Shown: piece after piece, positions 58,988 through 64,000 of the stretch | Layout: every line of letters starts with the position of its first letter | Position numbering within the stretch: position 1 is the first letter of the stretch | Assembly (NCBI GenBank): GCA_903879985.1 | Contig: CAIRNR010000006.1 | Span: 32,505 to 96,504 of the forward strand | Length of the DNA: 64,000 bases | Direction of reading: 5' to 3' | Source: an uncultured candidate division WWE3 bacterium | GTDB taxonomy: Bacteria > Patescibacteriota > WWE3 > UBA101185 > UBA10185 | The notes under the pieces: model-generated | What the model saw: the letters and a program-made list of their open reading frames with translations, nothing else | Told to the model about the DNA's origin: nothing | The model's database searches: none | Program-made: the position numbers and the translations under genes

Positions 58988-59230
58988 TTATGCCATTACC
59001 ATTGACGAAAGTTGCACGGGGATTTCGTATACAACTTTTCCTAAGCGAAAAATGACACAAAAAATCCAAAAGACATCCATCACCGCGTTGTTAGCGTTTT
59101 CAACGTAGAAATGAGCATCGATTTGGCAAATGTCTGTTCTCCAGGAAAGTACGGTATCGGCGGCGGACCGGTTGTAGTTGAAGGCGATAATTGCCTTTTC
59201 AGCGGCTTCGCGCGAATAAAATTCAATCAT
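58988..59230 (-). CDS. Small hypothetical protein, paralog of 58622-58855
   Basis: Same motifs and an identical AGATGAAGGAGGAGAAAATG leader. Confidence 0.75.
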   Translation of the reverse strand: MIEFYSREAAEKAIIAFNYNRSAADTVLSWRTDICQIDAHFYVENANNAVMDVFWIFCVIFRLGKVVYEIPVQLSSMVMA

Positions 59231-59277
59231 TTTCTCCTCCTTCATCTAAGATTTTGGTTTACTGGTAAAATAGTAGC

Positions 59278-61302
59278 ATGTTTTCACTCGACGCATCTAT
59301 AGGCTCTTTACCAAAAATAGGACCAAAATATAAAGTGCTTTTACAAAATCTGGAAATCTTTACTATTGAAGATCTTTTGTACCATTTTCCTTTTAGATAC
59401 GACGATTTTAGCCAGATTAAAAAAATAGGCGATTTAGTTGAAGGTGAGGTAGTTACTGTTGAAGCAGTTATGGGACCGGTTACAAATATCTTTACACGAA
59501 ACGGCAAGAAACTAACGCGGGCAAAAGCATTTGATTACACCGGAGAAATCGAAATAGTTTGGTTTAATCAACATTATATAAAAAGCATGTTAAAAACCGG
59601 GCAAACTTACATGATTAGTGGCAAGGTTGGAACTTTTGATCGTAAATTAAGTTTTACCGCACCTGAACTGGAAGAAAAGAGTGATAACAGTTTGAATACA
59701 GGTCGTTTGGTTTCTATTTATCCTGAAACGGCAGGCGTTAGCTCCAAATTTTTGCGCAGTAGAAATTACGACGTCTTACATCACGAAACAGATTTAAAGG
59801 AATTTTTGCCGGAAATGCTTTTAAAAGAAAAAAAATTAAAAGAAATTGATTGGTGTTTTAACCAAATTCATTTTCCCGACAACATTACCGAAGCAACCCA
59901 CGCGCACCGACGTTTTGAATTTGAGGAACTGTTTCTGGAACTACTAAACGTAGAAAAGCGAAAGCATGCATGGAAACTGCAGCTAAAAAGTAATCAGATG
60001 ATACCTTTTGAAGCCGAAATAAAAACGTTTATCGATAGCTTGGCGTTTGAACTAACTGATTCACAAAAAACGTCAGTACAAGAAGTCATTCAGGACTTGC
60101 TACAACCTCATCCTATGAATCGATTGCTAGAAGGTGATGTAGGAACCGGAAAAACAATTGTGGCCGTGATAGCTTCATATTTGGCTGTTTTAAACGGGTA
60201 CAAGGTATTGTACATGGCACCAACGGAAATATTGGCTAACCAACATTTTGAAACTTTCCAAAAATTGCTACCAAAAGAAAAGGTAAGTATTGCCTTAAAA
60301 ACATCAGCAACCTCGAAAACCTTTGATAGTAATGCCGACATAATTATTGGAACTCACGCCATTTTGTTCGGAGAACAACAATACGAAAAAGTTGGTTTAA
60401 TTATTATTGATGAACAACATCGCTTTGGTGTTGAACAACGTGGGAAAATCGTGGAAATGGCAACAGACGCTAAAACAAAAGCCACGCCACATTTGCTGAC
60501 TATGACGGCAACACCAATTCCACGAACTTTAGCTTTAACTTTGTACGGAGATCTTTCTATATCGGTACTTAAAACACATCCTAATGCCCATAGAAAAATC
60601 ACAACGAAAATAATTCCTGAAAGCTCCCGAGAAAAAGCCTATCAATGGATTCGTGACAGAAACGAACCAACCTTTATAGTGTGTCCATTAATAGATGAAT
60701 CCGAAAGCATTAGTTTAGAAAACGTTAAAGGAGCCCAAGCCGAGTTTGAAAAATTACGAAATGGCGTATTTAAAGATTTAGAAGTTGGCCTATTACACGG
60801 ACGTATGAAACCAGCAGAAAAGCAGGAAGTTATTGAAAAATTCCGCAAAGGTTTAGTCAAGGTTTTGGTCTCTACTCCGGTTATAGAGGTAGGTATCGAC
60901 GTTCCAGATGCAACTGTTATAGTGATTGAAAGCGCTGAGCGATACGGGCTAGCGAGTCTGCATCAATTACGAGGACGTGTTGGTAGAGGAGACAAAGAGG
61001 GTTTTTGCTTTGCCTACATGAGCAATAACGCGCAAAGCTCGTATCAGCGCTTGAAGTATCTGGAAGAAATTGATAACGGCTTGGAACTCGCGGAAATGGA
61101 TATGAAACTTAGGGGACAGGGAGATGTGTTTGGAATCATGCAACACGGAGATAAACGTTTTAGAATCGCCAGTTTGGACGACCTTGAACTATTAGAGGAG
61201 GCAAAGTTGGAAGCTCAAAAGTATTACACGCAATTGGACAAATATCCATTGCTGGATTCAACATTGACTAGGCGCGTCGGAAAGTATATATCTAACAACT
61301 GA
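59278..61302 (+). CDS. recG: ATP-dependent DNA helicase RecG
   Basis: MNRLL.GDVG.GKT, DEQHRFGV.QR, MTATPIPRTL, QLRGRVGRG, TRG motif. Confidence 0.97.
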   Translation: MFSLDASIGSLPKIGPKYKVLLQNLEIFTIEDLLYHFPFRYDDFSQIKKIGDLVEGEVVTVEAVMGPVTNIFTRNGKKLTRAKAFDYTGEIEIVWFNQHYIKSMLKTGQTYMISGKVGTFDRKLSFTAPELEEKSDNSLNTGRLVSIYPETAGVSSKFLRSRNYDVLHHETDLKEFLPEMLLKEKKLKEIDWCFNQIHFPDNITEATHAHRRFEFEELFLELLNVEKRKHAWKLQLKSNQMIPFEAEIKTFIDSLAFELTDSQKTSVQEVIQDLLQPHPMNRLLEGDVGTGKTIVAVIASYLAVLNGYKVLYMAPTEILANQHFETFQKLLPKEKVSIALKTSATSKTFDSNADIIIGTHAILFGEQQYEKVGLIIIDEQHRFGVEQRGKIVEMATDAKTKATPHLLTMTATPIPRTLALTLYGDLSISVLKTHPNAHRKITTKIIPESSREKAYQWIRDRNEPTFIVCPLIDESESISLENVKGAQAEFEKLRNGVFKDLEVGLLHGRMKPAEKQEVIEKFRKGLVKVLVSTPVIEVGIDVPDATVIVIESAERYGLASLHQLRGRVGRGDKEGFCFAYMSNNAQSSYQRLKYLEEIDNGLELAEMDMKLRGQGDVFGIMQHGDKRFRIASLDDLELLEEAKLEAQKYYTQLDKYPLLDSTLTRRVGKYISNN

Positions 61303-61868
61303 TGACTACACCACAAACGCAAAAGCAATTGCGTATTACAACAGGAATAGCTAAGAACAAACGCTTAAGAGCCCCGGGAATCGAGGGTTTTAGAGCAGTA
61401 CAAGAAGTTGCCAAATCAGCTTTGTTTTCTATTTTAGACAAAAGAGTTGAAGGTGCCGTGTGCCTAGACTTGTTTGCAGGTAGCGGCAACCTTGGCTTAG
61501 AAGCCCTTAGCCGTGGTGCCACCTGGTGTGATTTTGTTGACGGAAACTGGGAAAGTATTGAAGTTATAAACGACAACCTACGAAACTGCGGTTTTGAAGA
61601 CAAAGCAGGAGTATTTTTAAAGGACTCAGGAAAGTACGTTGCAAGCCCGGAAAACAACTACGACATAGTTTTTATGGATCCATTCTATGAGGATACCGCT
61701 CAAATTCACTTACTAAAGAACTTACCAAACATTTTAAACGATAACGCCGTCGTAGCCTTTTTCCATGGTCCAGCTTTAGATGTTACAACATTGCTAGGGG
61801 ACAGTGGTTTTAAGCTTGTAGATGAACGAAAGTTTGGTGGTAGTGTTTTGAGTTTTTTGAAGTTATAA
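61302..61868 (+). CDS. rsmD: 16S rRNA m2G966 methyltransferase
   Basis: LRI..G, LDLFAGSG.LGLEALSRGA, DIVFMDPFY. Confidence 0.92.
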   Translation: MTTPQTQKQLRITTGIAKNKRLRAPGIEGFRAVQEVAKSALFSILDKRVEGAVCLDLFAGSGNLGLEALSRGATWCDFVDGNWESIEVINDNLRNCGFEDKAGVFLKDSGKYVASPENNYDIVFMDPFYEDTAQIHLLKNLPNILNDNAVVAFFHGPALDVTTLLGDSGFKLVDERKFGGSVLSFLKL

Positions 61869-61989
61869 CCCCAAGAAAAACTTATGGGTACCAGTGTTAT
61901 AAATAACAGAGATACCCATTTTTAGTAGCCGAATGCTCGCGAGACATAAGGCTTTTCACATAGCGTTTCAGATTGCAATAATTTGCAGC

Positions 61990-62256
61990 TTACCGGCAAG
62001 GCTCGAACGTGATATCGGTCACCCTGATCGTGCTGACATCTTTCTTGCCATTAATCTCCATGACTTCAAGTAAGCTCACCTCGATAGTCGTAGTCCCCGG
62101 ATCCACGCGCTGGTTATCAACGACGCGACCATTCAGCAAAACTTCATACGTGAGTTCAGCATCACAATGCCTGTAAAAAGAAAATCCTAATTTCTTGGCA
62201 TCATCCATCGTCATGGAAACACCCTTATATATAGAAACTGACGCTAATTTCGCCAT
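61990..62256 (-). CDS. Small hypothetical protein
   Basis: SD GAAGGAG upstream. Confidence 0.65.
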   Translation of the reverse strand: MAKLASVSIYKGVSMTMDDAKKLGFSFYRHCDAELTYEVLLNGRVVDNQRVDPGTTTIEVSLLEVMEINGKKDVSTIRVTDITFEPCR

Positions 62257-62424
62257 CTCTTACCACTCCTTCACTATTTGGTTATAACGTACACTAATAG
62301 CGCGACAATAATATCTGAAACGTAGCTAGCATACTAACACTATAGGTGTTCTTTCGTCAACTCGGGCCAAAACCACGGGGAAAACAACCAAAACCACACT
62401 AAAAACCCAAACCAAGATGCTACC

Positions 62425-62454
62425 TTGACAAACCACCCCCAAAACCACTATAGT
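62425..62454 (+). promoter_or_regulatory. Promoter of the rpmF operon
   Basis: TTGACA-18 nt-TATAGT, 8 nt before ATG. Confidence 0.65.
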
Positions 62455-62462
62455 GCTACGGT

Positions 62463-62609
62463 ATGGCAGTACCAAAAAGAAGACATTCATTATCAAGAAC
62501 CAGACAAAAGCGTAACGCCCATTACACTCGAGAACCTGTACAGGTTCAAAAAACCAAGGACGGAAAAGGATATAAACGCCCTCATGTTGACGAGTATATT
62601 GAGCTTTAA
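62463..62609 (+). CDS. rpmF: 50S ribosomal protein L32 (48 aa, Cys-free)
   Basis: Translated by hand: MAVPKRRHSLSRTRQKRNAHY...KRPHV; upstream of nusB/rnc. Confidence 0.92.
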   Translation: MAVPKRRHSLSRTRQKRNAHYTREPVQVQKTKDGKGYKRPHVDEYIEL

Positions 62610-62632
62610 TTAAAAGTAAGTATCATATAACA

Positions 62633-63097
62633 ATGCGATCAAAAGCAGATCCACGACATACTTCCAGAAAACTGGCTCTATCCTCAATTTTTTGCTGGCT
62701 TTTCACTGAGCCTACAAACGATGAGTGTTTACTTTTATCCAAAGATACATTGGAAACTGAAGATGTAGAGTTCGACAGAGATTTAGTCGAATATATAGTA
62801 GGTGGCGTAAAGACCCATTTAGTTGATATTGACAACATAATCGCCGATAGTGCTCCGGAGTGGCCTATTGACAAAATCGCAAAAGTTGATTTAGTGATAC
62901 TCCGCATTGCTGTTTTTGAGGTTGTCTTTGGAAAAAAGACCCCAATTAAAGTAGCAATTGACGAAGCTGTTGAGTTGTCTAAGGAATTTGGCAACGATAC
63001 ATCGCATAAATTTGTTAACGGCGTCTTAGGAACTGTGGTTGAAAAACACGCAACTCCGGCAGAAGCTGAAATAGTAGAAGAAAAAAAAGATGAATGA
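62633..63097 (+). CDS. nusB: Transcription antitermination factor NusB
   Basis: R..SR..AL, W...I..VD..ILR.A..E, P.KVAIDEAVEL.K.FG...FVNGVL. Confidence 0.96.
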   Translation: MRSKADPRHTSRKLALSSIFCWLFTEPTNDECLLLSKDTLETEDVEFDRDLVEYIVGGVKTHLVDIDNIIADSAPEWPIDKIAKVDLVILRIAVFEVVFGKKTPIKVAIDEAVELSKEFGNDTSHKFVNGVLGTVVEKHATPAEAEIVEEKKDE

Positions 63098-63323
63098 ATA
63101 TTTAACACAAATTAAAAAGGTTATACAAGAAAAAACAGGACATGAAGCTAAAGATGTTCAGGATACTTCTTATTTTGAAGATGATTTGAACATTGGAGAA
63201 ACAGAGCTTTCAGAGATCTTGGCAGAGTTAGAAGAAATTTATCAAGTCGATTTGGTTGAAGAACAGGGAAATATCGAAACTGTTCAGGACTTGGTTGAGT
63301 TAATTTCTGAGCAAATCGAGTAA
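63090..63323 (+). CDS. Acyl carrier protein-like protein lacking the DSL serine
   Basis: Acidic 77 aa; F.DDL...EL...LEE.Y......IETVQDLV; upstream of rnc. Confidence 0.75.
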   Translation: MNEYLTQIKKVIQEKTGHEAKDVQDTSYFEDDLNIGETELSEILAELEEIYQVDLVEEQGNIETVQDLVELISEQIE

Positions 63324-63409
63324 CTGAAAAACGTAGTTGGCAATTTTTAAAGGTGTGTCGTTTCAAATTTATCTTCCTTAAGGTGGCTTTGAACTGATAC
63401 AATATGCTT

Positions 63410-64000
63410 ATGGGATTTGATTTCGCTAAAGTCCAAGAAATACTAAAAACAGAACTTACCGACGAGAATTTATTTAAAACTTCTTTTACACACAGATCTT
63501 ACTTAAACGAGCACCAAGACTACACTAATCCATCTAACGAACGCCTAGAGTTTTTAGGTGATGCCGTTTTACAATTGCTATCCTCAGACTTTTTATTTAA
63601 AAAATATCCTAAGTCTCCTGAAGGTGATTTAACCAACTACAGATCTTCACTTGTGTGCACCACATCCATTGGCGCCGAAGCCCGAAGACTTGGCTATGGC
63701 GAAATGCTTTTATTATCAAATGGTGAGGAAGCTACAGGCGGTCGTGAAAGAGAATATATATTGGCTAACACATTCGAGGCCGTTTTAGGCGCCTTGTACA
63801 CGGAAAAAGGAATAGATTTTTGTAGGGAGTTTGTAGCCAGAGAATTGTTATATAAAATAGACGACGTTGTTGAGAACGAAGCTTACAAAGACGCAAAATC
63901 CCGCTTTCAAGAGGTTGCACAAGAAAAGTTAAACACTACACCGGTGTATCAAGTTTTGGAATCGTGGGGACCGGATCACGAAAAAATGTTTAAGGTTGGC
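63410..64000 (+). CDS. rnc: Ribonuclease III (3' truncated by window)
   Basis: Translated by hand: FTHRSYLNE, NERLEFLGDAVL, EGDL, LANTFEAVLGA, DAKSRFQE, GPDHEKMF. Confidence 0.96.
   Translation, partial: MGFDFAKVQEILKTELTDENLFKTSFTHRSYLNEHQDYTNPSNERLEFLGDAVLQLLSSDFLFKKYPKSPEGDLTNYRSSLVCTTSIGAEARRLGYGEMLLLSNGEEATGGREREYILANTFEAVLGALYTEKGIDFCREFVARELLYKIDDVVENEAYKDAKSRFQEVAQEKLNTTPVYQVLESWGPDHEKMFKVG

Noticed and set aside
62425-62613. 62-aa ORF from the track
   Set aside because: Wrong frame; the real gene is rpmF at 62463-62609, and the TTG start is the -35 box
1-64000. Alternative genetic code (UGA=Gly, code 25)
   Set aside because: Conserved genes (tyrS, recG, nusB) end at TGA at their expected lengths and have no internal TGA

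Overview
AT-rich bacterial chromosome segment in standard genetic code (many genes end in TGA). Gene content and style suggest a CPR/Patescibacteria genome, probably WWE3/Microgenomates-like (inference). Housekeeping blocks are tig-clpP-tRNA-Val, truB, thrS-infC-rpmI-rplT, pheST, a class A PBP, tyrS, recG-rsmD and rpmF-nusB-ACP-like-rnc. There is also a sensor kinase/type IV pilus locus with three tandem major pilins, followed by a surface-glycosylation cluster. An accessory region (about 5.8-22.2 kb) downstream of tRNA-Val holds the most interesting material. (1) A cluster of PD-(D/E)XK, NucS-like, NERD and HEPN-like nucleases. (2) A self-contained radical SAM/SPASM gene plus a 59-aa precursor peptide missing from the ORF track, with six Cys each followed at +3 by D/E/N: a candidate new thioether RiPP system and the top finding. 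(3) An array of small SD-led genes joined by a repeated, covarying three-hairpin element. (4) An ORF-poor, hairpin-dense stretch of about 400 nt that may be an ncRNA. Many native genes show a TAnnnT-6 nt-start pattern consistent with leaderless mRNAs. All calls were made by eye; no database searches were run.
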